64,000 nucleotides of DNA from the human T2T-CHM13v2.0 reference genome, Homo sapiens: assembly GCF_009914755.1 (NCBI RefSeq), contig NC_060929.1, one strand, 5' to 3'. A program made the position numbers and the translations under genes. Below the pieces are notes generated by a model, which had not been told where the DNA came from, made no database searches, and saw nothing but the letters and a program-made list of their open reading frames with translations. Positions within the stretch are counted from its first letter, which is position 1; each line of letters opens with the position of its first letter. Below are positions 13,620 through 26,423 of this stretch, piece by piece.

Positions 13620-15341
13620 TCAGCCAAATATTGAGTGAATGCCTGCTAAACATCAAACGCTATGCTAGGGGCCGAGGACAGCAATGAAGGAGGGTGCCCA
13701 GCCTCTAGAGCCCATCTCTGGGAGAGGCCCCCACGGGCAGATGTCTGGTGGCCCCTGTGTGTTTGCTGTTCCTTGTGTTCCTCCCTGGCTGTCTCCAGCC
13801 CTAAGGCCCAGGCTTAGGTTTTATATTTTGTGGCCCAGGTTGTAAATACTGTTCTCAATGGTGCAGGCACCCTCCTCTCTTCATAGGCACCCTGTCTGAG
13901 GGAGAGTTCTGCAGTCCCCTCAGGCTCTGGGTGCCTACCTGGGCCTCTGCATGGCTCCCCATGTCTGCAGCTCTAGCAGGGGTGCACCTACCAGTAACAA
14001 CACAGTGGATACCACTTGTGCACGTGCTCCGAGGCCTGCCAGGCCTGCCTCTGCTCCCAGCTGCTAAGGCAGATTTGGTGCAGGTTGAGGCATGACAGGG
14101 TCTCATAAATCGCAGAGGGCCTGGGACCTGGGGGAGCTCACTTTCCTGCCTTGGAATCAGGAGGCAGCTCTGCTGGGCTCCATCCTGCCTATAGATCTGG
14201 CAATGGGCCATCCTCCACTGCACAGAGTGACCTGGGGACCTGCAGCTCTCCCCACTCCTAGAGTATTGTCAGCCACCAGTTCCAGTAGTAATGGGCCGAG
14301 TAGCACCCATCTTCCTCAGAGTGTGGGCCGTCAGTCCTCCAGTCAAGAACCCCCAGGACTGATGCTCAGCCTGCCTGCCCTGGTCCACTTGGCCCAGGCT
14401 GTGTACCACCCTGCTCTCCCCTCATCGTCTCTGATTACTGGGAACCAAAGCTTCAGTGACATGGCTAGTGATGGCTCCATCTAGGTCACATCCTGAGGTT
14501 CAACAACTTCACATCTTGGGAGTTTTTTTCTGATAATCACCTCTACCCTGTTCTCACCCTCCTTGTTACCAAAGTTAGCCAAACTGCCTATGTCTAAGCA
14601 GGGGACCTGGTGACATATTGGGAGCAGTATTTTGAGGAACATAACTCCCCCCCGCCACCGGCCCCCACCACATATACACCCTGAACACTGAATTGCATAT
14701 TGCAAAGCTTTTGCTGTGCATTTTCTCATTCATTCCCAATGTCATCCTTTAAGGTACACAATAAAGGACTGTCCCTCCCACTTTTAAAAGAGACAGGCCC
14801 CAAAACTCTTGGTAGCATAGGCCATGGCCTTTGATAGTGTCTGAGCCAGCAGACTAATAGGCAGCCCATGCTCCATGTTCCCTCGGCAAGGTCCTCATGT
14901 GGTCCAGATCTGGGCATTCCTCATATGTGGCTGGATGGGCTATATGGAGTGTATCCTTGGGTGAACTCGAGATGGAACCCAGCAAGATCAAAAGAGAAGC
15001 TGTCTTGCCCCTGCCAACCTGTCCTCCACATGGAAACAAGAGTGATTATTTCCTTCTAAAAAATTAATCTGACCATGTCACTCTTTTGCTTAACATCCTT
15101 ATTGTGTGCCCAGGCACTGGGCTCCATGCTTTATATATTTATCTCTTTAATCTTGCAACAATTCTAAGAGGTAGGTGTTAGGATGTTTACATATGGATGA
15201 GAAAGATGAGCCTGGAGATACTGCATTTACTAACTTGCTGGAAATCATAGCAATTGCAGGGGTGGGAATTTGGCTACAAAGTCTATACATTGAGCCACCT
15301 CATGAACTGCTTCCTGCTTTTTCATTTTTCTCTAACTTACC

Positions 15342-15803
15342 TCTAGTGGGTTCCATAATATCCTCCCAAAAGATATGTCCACGTCCTAATGCCTGGTACC
15401 TCTAAATGTCACCTTATTTGCAAATGGGTCTTTGCAGGTGTAACCAAGTTAAGACGAGGTCATGCTGGGTTAGGGTAGGCCCTATATCCAATGACCAGTG
15501 TCCTTATCAGCAGGCCATGTGAAGACACAGAGACACAGGGAGGATGCCATGTGATGACAGAGGCAGGGATGGGAGTGATGCGTCTATAAGCCAAGGAAGG
15601 CTGAGGATTGCCAGCACCCACCAGAAGGTGGGAAGAGGCAAGAGCGGATTCTTCCCTGGGACCTTCAGCGTGAACACGGCCCTGCCAATCCCTTGATTTT
15701 GGATTCCTGGCCTCCAAACTATGAGATAACAAATTTCTATTGTTTTAAGCCACAGGCAAAGTTTGTGGTACTTTGTGATGACATCTGTAGAAAAGCAATG
15801 GAC
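15342..15803 (+). mobile_element. MLT1 (MaLR) solo LTR, MLT1B/C-like
   Basis: ccttatttgcaaatgggtctttgcaggtgtaa...aagccaaggaa...aaatttctattgttttaagcca motifs. Confidence 0.85.
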
Positions 15804-17769
15804 CATTTTATTCTTACAGTCAGGAGAGTCTGGACCATACCTGGTGCTGTGTCCTCCTCCTGGAGATTTTCAATGCCCAGCCACATAGGAAAGGCTCTGA
15901 GAAGTACCAAAGCCAGGAAGCTTGTACAATATTGTTAAATCATGCATTTCCCAAACAAATTTGACCTTGGGATCCCATTCTCACAAAACACGTGTTAGCG
16001 TGGCGTGGAGCTGGGGCTTCCAGGAGCACCCTTTGAGAAAGGCTATTCAACACCAAACCAGCCTCCTTCGTGGCTCACACAGGGCCAGAATGGAGTCACA
16101 CACAGGACCCTCTTCGGGAAAACACCTTCTTTTTGAGTGAATGTACTTGAGCTTATTCATCATCTCTGACAGCCCCTTTGCACTCTCATCAGCGCTGGAA
16201 AATAAAAGGCCTCAAGAAATTTAATAATTATAGAAATGGCTATGAAAATGCCATTCACTGTGAGCAGTGAACAAGATGGTAATATGTAATACCGGACAGG
16301 GGCCCACGGGCAAATAGCAGAGGCAGATGCACAGGCTTGTGTTGTTTTGTCTAAAGTGTGAAAGACAGAAGTCTGAAATGTGGAGCTGCTCTGTGAGAAC
16401 TCCACATTAGCTTCTGCAGAGGAATTGCCCCAAAGGCAAACCTGAAATGTTCAATCACTACTCAGGGATGCTTCAGCATGCCTCCATCTCTGAGCCAAGA
16501 ATGCCTCAGAGACAACCCCACACGGCAGCCCAGTGAGGCCTCCCTTTTGTTTGCAGACAAAGGGTGAGAAGCTGCCTTTTCTTACCTTCTGAGGTTGCAG
16601 ATACCAAGGCCATACACTTGCTTAGTCTGCAAGGAGCTGTTTCCGCACCTGGCCCTGCCATGTTCTAACAGGGTGGGCATTTTAAAACAAGCTCTGGTAA
16701 CATGCCTGGCATCCTACCACCCACAGTTTTCCCCACAACCCGTCTCTGCCTGGTTAACCTCTCAGCAAAAATATCACTTCCTCCAGGAAACCTTCCTTGA
16801 CTCTCCAGTCTACTCCATTCTCCTGCTTTACTTTCTCCCCAGGAACCCTGTGAGTGCCTCCTCCTTTGAGGCACTGACTGACACCACACAGTAACTTGTT
16901 CAGTGACTGGCCCTGCCAGACCGTGGGCTCTGTGAGGACTGGATGGTCACGTTCACCACTGTGTGCCCAGCACTCAGCATGAATACACATCTGCCCTCTT
17001 CTCCAGGGCCCACTCAATCTCCACTGCCTCACCCATTAGCATCCTTTTTCTGCGTACTGTGCCCTTAAGATCTGGGGGGAAAGGACCACAGAGTCATGAG
17101 CACCCTCTTGGTTCTCCTTGCACAATGCCAGACTCAGTGTTTGGTGTTTACAGCAGCCTCACATTCTTGCAAAGATTTCCACCCTGAGGTGCAGCAAATA
17201 TCTGTGTCAATTTGGACCATTCAGTTAGTGTTCTGGCTGTCACATTCCATTTTGGACCTGACTTGAAGTTATGAAGAAGGCAAAGGTTTCAGTGATGGGT
17301 TCACACACTGTTCTGGGCGGCAGAGGCTCAGCGGGAGAGAGGAGCCTCTAGCTGGAGGATGTCGGGACCAGGAGGAAGTCCTTTGCTATGGAGCAAATTC
17401 CCTGAATGTGCATACTGGTGGCAAATCAGACTAAAAACAAGGCTGTTTTCTTCACCAGTTTGGCTTCTCAGTTATATCAGATGCCCCAGCCCTGGGCCTG
17501 TCTTTAACCCAGGCTTCAAGGCTTCAGACTTTTCAAAGATCTTTCTTATGCATCAGCAGCATAGATACTTTTGTTAAATATTGACTAGGGATGGTGACAA
17601 CATCTCCATCTTAAAGGAGAGAAAGCTGAGGCCCAGAGATGTGTGGTCTTTTGGCTAAACTCAGACTTGAGATTTCTGACTTCCAGATCAGTGCTATTTG
17701 GCCAGTTACTTTATGGGACACATGTAAGGGTCAGATAGGACCAAAATTAACTAGCTTTATTATTTGTTT

Positions 17770-17975
17770 GTTTAATATTTACTGTGTTCCAGGAAGTATG
17801 TTAAGAACCTTACATGTGTGATCTCATTTAATCTCTCTAGTAAGTCTTGGGGGTAGATATTATTATTATTCCCATTTTACAGAAAAGGAAACTGAGGGAC
17901 AGAGAGGTTAAATAACTTGGCCAGCATAACACGTTAATAAGTCACAGAGCCAGGATTCAAATCCTGTACTGGCTG
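17770..17975 (-). mobile_element. MIR
   Basis: cccattttacagaaaaggaaactgagg...agagccaggattcaaatcc. Confidence 0.82.
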
Positions 17976-20499
17976 ATGGCCAGTGATAAAGCTGTGTTCT
18001 TAACTGACTTTTCTGGACGCTTCTACAAATGTCTAGGTAGCTTCCTGGCATTAGGCAGACTGCAGTGTGTGGTCTGGGTTGATGGTACAAATCCAGCAGT
18101 GTCTCTGACTGCCATTCAGGTGTTGGGGCTGAGAGGACTGCTGAGGATAGCCTGTGATATATGTGGGCATGGTCAGGATGGCTAAATGGGGTTCCAGGAG
18201 ACCTCTTGGCCAAGCAAAGATGACCTGGGACAGGGAGGGATTGGTCACTGTCTCTTGGGTCCTGACTCTTGCTTGCTAGGCTCTAAAATCCCCTGTTGAC
18301 ATAACCCCCGTCCTCCCTGCGGGCCTGTTCTCAGAGCTCTCAGTCCTGGACCCCTTGATTCAGAGCTCCATTCAGGCCTGCATTTTTGAGATTGACTCAC
18401 AGAGAGCAGTGGCCCTTGTGGCCTCTCTAGCTCAGCGCAGAGCAAGCAGCTGCTGTCATGGCAGTCCCAGTGATGCTGTCACTGTTGATAAATGGGAAGG
18501 CTGGCTCTGCCACCTCGTCATGTGAGGCTTTGGGCATGTTCTGGAGCTTATCAGAGCTTTGATTTCTTCATCTATTAAAGTGGGGATAGTAACATTTGTC
18601 TCATGAGTCATTGTGAGGTGGCAGTGAAATAATATATGCAAGGTGATTAGCACACTGTAAATATTCCGTAAGTATTAAATGATGGCAGCAATGATGATGA
18701 CAAAGCATGAGGTATGTTTCCAGCAAGTTTCAATTCAAGCTAGACCATGCACTAACATTATTTAGTGCCTACATAAGTGGTAACCTTGCTTGGAAGAACA
18801 GATGACAACATAAAAGTACCTGTATATAGTTGGCTGGAGTCAACCTTATGGTTTGTTATATCTGGGCTCTGGCTCTTAAAAACAGTGCAAGTTTGAACAA
18901 GTTACTCAGCCTCTCTGAGCCCATCCACTCAGAAGAAATTTCACCTGCAGCATGAGGACTGGGCCTTTGTTCCCAGGAGATGGAACTAAGCCTTCCCAGG
19001 GTATCGGGGATGTCCTGCTCCTGAGGGGTGGCTGGTCCCCATGGCAAAGTCTCCCATCTGGCCACACTGGCAGGGTGGCAGAGGCTGTTCTTGAGGGTGA
19101 GCTGGCCTGGCTGGAACGCAGGCTGGTTTGTACAGCAGATGTCCCACCTTTGTTCTCAAGAGTCTCTCACCTGTAACTGCTTTCTTTGAACTGGGCTGTC
19201 TCTTCCCGGCTGCCCTTCTGGTCATCGGCCCAACCCTTTCTTTTCAAAGAAAGCCTCTTCTCTGTGAGAAGGTGCCCAGACTTTGAGGCCGCCCCACCGC
19301 GCCCTTTACACCTGGCACCTGGGTAAACATAGCCTTTCTCCTGGCCACTTCCTCCAAACAGGGCCTGACTGGGCTGGGCAGCCAGGAGGGAGATGTTTGT
19401 CATGAGCCTCCAGGACTCCTGGTGACTTGTGGCAGGCCCTGGGTTACAAAAGTGATTTACACCTTCTCTGCCCTTGAGTTGGGTGTAGGAGGTACCATAC
19501 AGCAAGAGCAGGATCTCAGTGCTCAGGCAAGCTTTGAATCAAATTCTGGCTCTGCTGGTCATTGCTGTTTGTTTTGGTAAAACACTTTTAGCCTCAGGTC
19601 CCCCATCTTTAAGCTGGTTAACAATATTACCCACCTCAAAGGATTGATGGGATAAGATGCACTTAGTACAGGGTCTAACACATAAGAAATACTCAATATT
19701 AACCATCATCAGCGCGTTGCCATTCTTTCTTGAGAAGCTCCCAGTTGTTATGGAGGCATGAGACCAGTGCTCTAGCGTGGCAAGTACTGGATGTGGTGTG
19801 CGCATGGAGAAAGGGCACCTAGAGCTGCCTGGATGCCCAGAAGCTACCACCAAGATGCAGTGTGAAGAGGGAGCCCCCTGGGAGGACGAGAGGGGTAAGG
19901 GGCACGGTCCCCTCCCTCAAGCCACTGATGTGCAGACAGGTCTCATCTCCCCGATTGGGTCTGCATGACAGGCAGGTCATGACACATGTCACGAAAGAGA
20001 TGAGGAACACTGTCAGGCAGTGGTGGGTGAGGGTAGCAGCCCCTCTTCACTTCAATAATTGGGAAGATCTTCATGGGACAAATGGAATTCATGACGGAGT
20101 CTAAGAACAGCTACTTGTTGACCAAATAGGCCAGGTAGAGGAAAGCACAAAGAAGACATGGAAAATGCAGGAGGTGAGGCCATGGGTGTGCAGTGAGTGG
20201 ATGAGTGGGCTTTGAGAGGGGGCACTTCCAGTGAGGCATGACGAAGCCAGGGCTGGGGGTGTGGGCGGCAGGGGCCCCCATGTGCTGCAGGAGAAGTGGG
20301 GTAGGGTGGAAGCTGTCCAGGGAAGCTCCCAGGGTCCTTTATTCACTTCTGTTGGGCATGGCCCTGTGTTTGGAGACTGAACTCACGGCCTGTGGACTAC
20401 TGAAGGAGGGCATGTCCCTAGAGCCTGACCCCATCTGATAAGCCAGCTTTGCAGCCCAAAAAGGAGGCCTTGTGCACTCTTGCTCCTGAATGTCTCCTC

Positions 20500-21145
20500 T
20501 CTTCACTGAAAACCAGAGTATCTGTGGCATTTCTTCTGCTCCACTCAGAGTAAAATCCAAACTCCCACTGAGTCTGCAAGCGCCTTTGTGATCTGCCCTG
20601 CCCAGATCCCTCCCTGAGTTAGTTCCTACTCCCTCCTGCTTAATGCACTTCAGCCACTTTGGCTTCCTTGCTGTTCTTTTCAGACTCCCGCCGCCCCCGC
20701 CCTTGGGTCCCCGCAGCCCACCAAGCACACTGCTGCCCTGGAGCCTTTGCACCTGCTGTTCCCTCTGCCTGGAACACTTTCCCAGCTACTTTGTCACAGA
20801 CTCCCTTTGCTCAGGTCCTTGCTCCAACATCACTCTTCAGAGAGGCCACCTGTGACCCCCTTAGCAGAAGCAGCCCCTCCTTTCCTACCCTCCTGTTTAT
20901 TTCCTTATGCCCCTCATCAGTCTGAAATGACTTCAAGTATTTGTTCATGTGTTCTTTTGTTCATGTGTTGATTGTCTCTTTCCCTCAGCTTGTCTGCGAG
21001 GGCATGTAGCCAGGGAGCATGACTGTCTTGTTGATTGCTGGACTCTGGTGCCTGGCATGGAGTAGGCTTTGAGGTAGGAGAACAGTAAATACATATTTAT
21101 GAGTTGAGGGATGGATGGATGGATCGATGGATGGATGGATGGATT
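20500..21145 (+). mobile_element. L2 3' fragment with (GGAT)n tail
   Basis: gcctttgcacctgctgttccctctgcctggaacac...gtgcctggcatggagtagg...(ggat)n. Confidence 0.78.
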
Positions 21146-22571
21146 GGCTAGTTGAGGCCTCAGTGCCTGGAGCTGAGTGTGACAGAAGATGAAGTGGCCT
21201 GGGCAGCTGGGTGCCTGGGGCTGGGACATCATTTCCCTGCTGGCTCTATGGCACTGTGACATGCACCCGCCAGCCTTCCAGGCAGCAGGGGCCTGGGATA
21301 GGGATATAGATTCTATCCGTGAGCCCCCTTTTGTTTCCTAACTTTTTATTATAGAAACTTTTAAGCACCTGCAAAAATAGAATAGCATAAACCACACCTA
21401 TGTACCCATCACTCAGCTTCAACAATGAGCAGCTCCTGGAAAATCTTGTTCATCTATTCTACACCCCACTTCACCTTGCAAAAGTTATTCCAAAGCAAAT
21501 CTATGAGCACCTCTTTCATGTAGAGAGCTCAGAAATACTTCCCAGCAAGTTTTTTCTGCAGGCTCCTAGTATCTCTCTCTTCCCCATGTATCCTGAGTCC
21601 TCAGGTGCTTTGTCTTCTCCCTGAGTTAAACTAGCTCTCAATAAGAGACCTGCTAAATATATTCCCATTAAGCTATAAATGTCTGAGATTTGCATGGTCA
21701 CTGTAATGGTGCATTCATCCAAATTCTCTGTGTTAATGGTGGAGTGTCAGGCCCCACCCCGGTCAGGCAGAGATGACCCAGCTATCCCAGGGCAACCCTG
21801 GACCACAGCTGGGTTCGAGTCTACAACATTGCTGCTGTGGTGCCCAGAGATTGGGGTAAGGGCAATGGAAGAAGTGGTTGCTGTGAGCCAGTCAAGACCT
21901 GAGCTGGGCCTGGTTTGGGGAGAGCCCAGGTGTCTTCAGAATCATTCTTCATGACTTCTGGTGGAAGAACACATTTGAGAGAGAGCGAGTGAGTGAGTAC
22001 CATGAATCCTAGTGGGGCAGGGCAGAGCAGGCACTGCTTTTGAGAAGTGGGCTGGCTCTCATCACAATCATGGCTAGATGGGCTCCCTTTCCTTGTAGAA
22101 TATGACATTTGCTTTGCTTAAAGTTAGTAAAATGCCATTTTATTGGTAGTGTTTTTATTTAGGCTGCTTGACTATCCTGCCAAGGTGATTTTATTATTAC
22201 AAAATGTGGAAAACTCCATTCAAAGAAGAAAATAATACAAAACAGATTTTGGTTCACATACTAAAATTCATTGGAAAATTGAGATCTCAACCCACAACTA
22301 TTCATGACAGTAAAACAAAGACCCCTGACAGCTCCCAAGGTATCCAGCCCCTGAGCCCACACCAGCTCCCTGCACTGCATTGTCCTGCTGCCCACTGAGT
22401 GGCAGAACCTGAGAACTGGCCTGCCTCTGGGAAGGAACTGGAATTGGCCTGGACTCCCTAGCCTTGGGCTCTTGGGCCAATTCCTCCAACCCCACCCAAG
22501 TCCTAGACTGACTCTCTGGCCAGATTCCCCCTGAATTTTGTGGGAAGTTGTGGGAAGAGCCCTGTTGGAGG

Positions 22572-22778
22572 CCAGTTCTTAACCCACGGGTCCTGGCTTG
22601 CAACCATTAGGGAGCAGAATCAGCCAGAGAGCCTGATACAAATCTAAATTCTTACACCCCACCCCAAAGGTTCGGACTCAGTACAGAAAGGGCAAGGCCC
22701 TGGAATCTGCATTTTAGTAAGCTAACTCTGGTGCTTTTGAAGCAGGGCGCCGTGGACCACATCCCAGAGGCACTGCTA
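22572..22778. mobile_element. MER5-like hAT MITE
   Basis: ggccctggaatctgcattttagtaagc...ggaccacat...cactgct. Confidence 0.65.
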
Positions 22779-22789
22779 CGACAAGAAGC

Positions 22790-23030
22790 ACAGCATGGTG
22801 TCTAAAGGGCAGGGTTATTGGAGTTTGAAATCCTGTGTTTGAATCTTGGCTTGCTGACTATGTTACTTAACCTTTCTGAACTCTAGTTTTCTCCTTTTAA
22901 ATGTATATAATAATAATATCTACATTATATGATTCCTATGGTTTGTATAAGATAATGCCTTATGAGTTCAGCACAGTGCCAGGAACATTGTAAGTACTTG
23001 GTTCATGTTGACTGCTTTATTACTATTATT
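22790..23030 (+). mobile_element. MIR (further MIR fragments at about 9140-9330, 18500-18700, 19520-19710, 23660-23890, 27820-28010, 35720-35920, 37380-37560, 44045-44160, 54210-54430 and 61030-61260)
   Basis: gtttgaatcttggc...ttacttaacctttctgaactctagttttctc core; similar cores at the other listed sites. Confidence 0.72.
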
Positions 23031-23094
23031 TTCCATCATTCCTCAACTGCACATCTGTTCCCTACTCCCACCTTTCTCAAGAATATTATCACCT

Positions 23095-23272
23095 AGGTCG
23101 TTGGGTTTTTAAAAAGGCTCAGATAAACGACATTTACCAATTCCTGTGGGGTAAATTCTCCCACCATGGTCACTGTAAAGCTCACAACATGATGACATTG
23201 AACACCAAGTTGGGAAGAGATGTGCACAGTTGGCCAATATAAGCTGGTAAAAGCTGGCTCTGGCACACCAAC
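23095..23272 (-). mobile_element. MER63-like DNA transposon fragment
   Basis: ctcccaccatgg...agttgggaagagatgtgcaca...gctggctctggcacacca. Confidence 0.6.
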
Positions 23273-24204
23273 AGGAAGTCCCCTTTCACTGTGAGGCCCC
23301 AAGTGTGTCACTGCTGCCTTGGTTGGAGCTGGTAAATGCAGAGAGGGCTGCGAGCAGAGAGTCTGATGTAACTCTACCTCCTGCTGCAAAGGGCAGCTGG
23401 TTTTCGCACAGCTTTGCAGTCTGTATGTACTCATAGCTGATGCAGGAAATGGGAATTATAGCCTCAATTACTGTCATTGGGAACCTAGAGCAGAAATTAT
23501 TATCAAAGGGGTGAGACGGCTCCAGCTCACTAATATTTACCATTTGCCATGGATTGCATGAAAGGGTGTGATGCCTCTGAAGCCATTGCCGTCTCTTTTG
23601 CTGGTTCTGGTTTTGTTCCGTCTTGTTTTGATCACTGACAAAGGCAGGCTTATGTCATGAAACAAGTGTGGGTCTTGGAGCCAGACTGTCTGGGATCAAA
23701 TTCCAGCACTGCTACATAACAAGATCTTTGTGACTTTGAGCAAGTTGCCTTACCTCTCTGGAGCACAGTTTGCTCCTCTGTGCAAATGGGCATATTAATG
23801 AATGCATTGCAGTATTTTCAAATTAGACATAACATAGGTTATGTGCATAGGAAAGGACCTGGAAGAGAAAAGAAGCTCAGTGAATGTAACCTCAACCTGT
23901 GACTTCCTGGGAAGAAGGCACTGGCCAAATGGCTTCTCTGAAGCCTTTTATCCAGGTGTTTAGATGCTCACTGATAACCTAGCCTCATTTGTACAGGAGA
24001 GAAGAGTGGACAGTTTCATAATACCAAGTTTCAAAAGTTTATTTCCTCCTCGAAGTATTTTTTTTCTGCATAAAGAAATATTAAGTTCTTTCCTAAAAAT
24101 CCATCATGTGGATTTTTTAAACCAAATTTGGAGGATATATTTGGGAAGCTTTGATCTGAAATATAAGTTGAATGGTTACATGGCACTTAGAAGCCTCGCC
24201 ATAA

Positions 24205-24425
24205 AATAGGAAAAGCTGCAAGATGGCAGAGCCACAAAAATGGCCAAGTTCCCATTTGAGGGAAATGCCCAAGTTCCCATTTGAGGAGAGCAGTGCAAGA
24301 GTTGCCTGACCAGAAATATTCACTGTGGACTTTCTGTGAGAGAGAAATAAACCTCTTCTGCATGAAGCCATTGAGATTTGAGATATTTCTGTTGCATGAG
24401 CTAACATTAGGCAACCTTGATTAAT
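24205..24425 (+). mobile_element. Old MLT1 LTR 3' fragment
   Basis: aagatggcagagccac...gagagaaataaac...aagccattgagatttg motifs. Confidence 0.6.
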
Positions 24426-26257
24426 GCATCACACAAGCAACATGCACTTTGGGAAGCTTGGGAGCCAGTCAAAGAGATAGTCAGTCATATTCCAGAGCAG
24501 CTCAACCAAGGCACAAGAGGTGTCCCCAAGTTACTGCACTTGTCTTAGGCATACAAGCAGCATCGAGAAGACGGGGGAAACCATTCGTAGCTTCAAATAT
24601 GAACCCCAGCCTCTGGGAGAAGAATTACAAGCCTCTCCAGGGGCTGCTTCACAAGTTGCTTTTGGCCTCATGGGTATGCTGGTGGGTTCTCAGGAGTGCC
24701 ATGTGATCTGCTAGATTCATGTTATTTGGAGGCAAGGAACACTTCAGTGCTAAGACCATTAGACAATACTCTTTTAATTTACTTCATCTTTCTCCCAGGA
24801 ACATATAGAACCTGCTTGTGCATAAAAAATGGAAGACTACTTTCAAGTTGCTACTGATCCCAAAGTCTTTCCAGCGCATTAAAATCTGTCCATCCTTTTG
24901 TGCCCTCTCCTCAGTGCCTGGACTGTATTCTTCAGTTACTGGGTTTGGCACCCCATGATTGCTGATGTCTCCTGCACCCTCATTCTGCTCCGTTTATTGA
25001 TTACCCCATCCCTCTTCCTAAGGGCCACAGCTGCCACTTCCATAGACCTCAGAACTTTTTCACCTGGACTTCTGTACCCACCCCTTCACTGGCCCCCCTG
25101 CCTCTAGTGTCCCCCTCCCACCCAGGCATCCTGCAGGCCGCATTCTTCAGTCCCTCTGAAGCACAGTTCTCCCAACTTCTCGCAAGTCTGCTTGAAAGCT
25201 TCCCACGTCTTTGTTGGCCTTGACCCTGAATTGTCGATGATTTTCTAATGGAATCAGAGCATCTTTTGTTCCAAAGTTTTCTCATTGTTTTCTTTCAGTG
25301 GGATTGTATCTCCCGCCAGGCACACCCTACTGTTTTTGTGAAAATTATAGGCTGCAAATAACTGCTTAAGTAAACTGCCAGACGAGGTACATTCTTCACA
25401 TGGAAAATTCCAGCTGTTGAACAAGTTTATGGGCTTTATTTTTGGAGCAAAGAATTCATCAAGTGAAGAATAGAATCTTCCAGGTGCTCCACCTCTACTC
25501 CTATCATAAAGCAGGAGTATGTCTCTGAGTTTTCTGTGTCTTTCAAGGTCAAATTTATGACCCTAATACTTATTAACTCTCTGTTTCTGGTGACTTCCTT
25601 GGGCCCTTTCTGCAGCCTTACAGTAGACACTTTGGAGAATACACAATGAGAAACAAATACAAGAGACAAGAGAGAGGGCTTGAGGAAGAGATCAGTCTCC
25701 AGCAGGCTTCCCCTGAGACCTGACTGTGTTCACTGCCTTAGGCTCCAAGAGTTGATACCTCATCATGAGGATACTTCTGGCTTATGCCTGGTTATTCCCT
25801 CAACCCAAACAGTTTCAACTGAGGCTCACCAAAAGATCAGCTTCCTCCCCTTGAATGCTTGTGGGGAGGAGAGGGTACTCCAAAAGAAGTACTCAAGCTT
25901 TGTGCTCAGACCGCATCTGCCCCTTGCACTTGGGGCAAACCTGCCCTTCCACAAAGCATTCTAGACATGACTGAGGAGCACATGAAGTATGTTTACCTGT
26001 TCCCTTCTTCAGACTCCGTTTCCCTCCAGTGCCCCTGTGTCTCACTCTGCAAAGCAACTATGCATGCATAGACCATCCTCCATAGCCACCATTCAGGGAG
26101 GCTCTGTATGCCAGAACTTGCCCAGTCTCAGGCACCCACCCCATCAAAACTTATCCATCCTATGTTCCCCTTCTGCCAAATTCTGCAATCAGCTGATCTG
26201 ATAAACCAACTTATATTTTGGGTTTAACGAACAGTGATCGCTCAGCATTAACCTAAG

Positions 26258-26423
26258 AACTTGCTATGCAATATATGTTCCCCAGGCCAGTAGCAGTGCC
26301 ATCACCTGAGAGCTTGTTGGAAATGCAGAATCTTAGGCCCAGCCCAGACCTTCTGAATTGCAACCTGCATTTTAACAAGATCCCCAGGAGATTCAAATGC
26401 ACATTAAATTCTGAGAAGCACTC
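26258..26423. mobile_element. MER5A
   Basis: catcacctgagagcttgttggaaatgcagaatct...ctgcattttaacaagatccccagg...tgagaagcact. Confidence 0.85.
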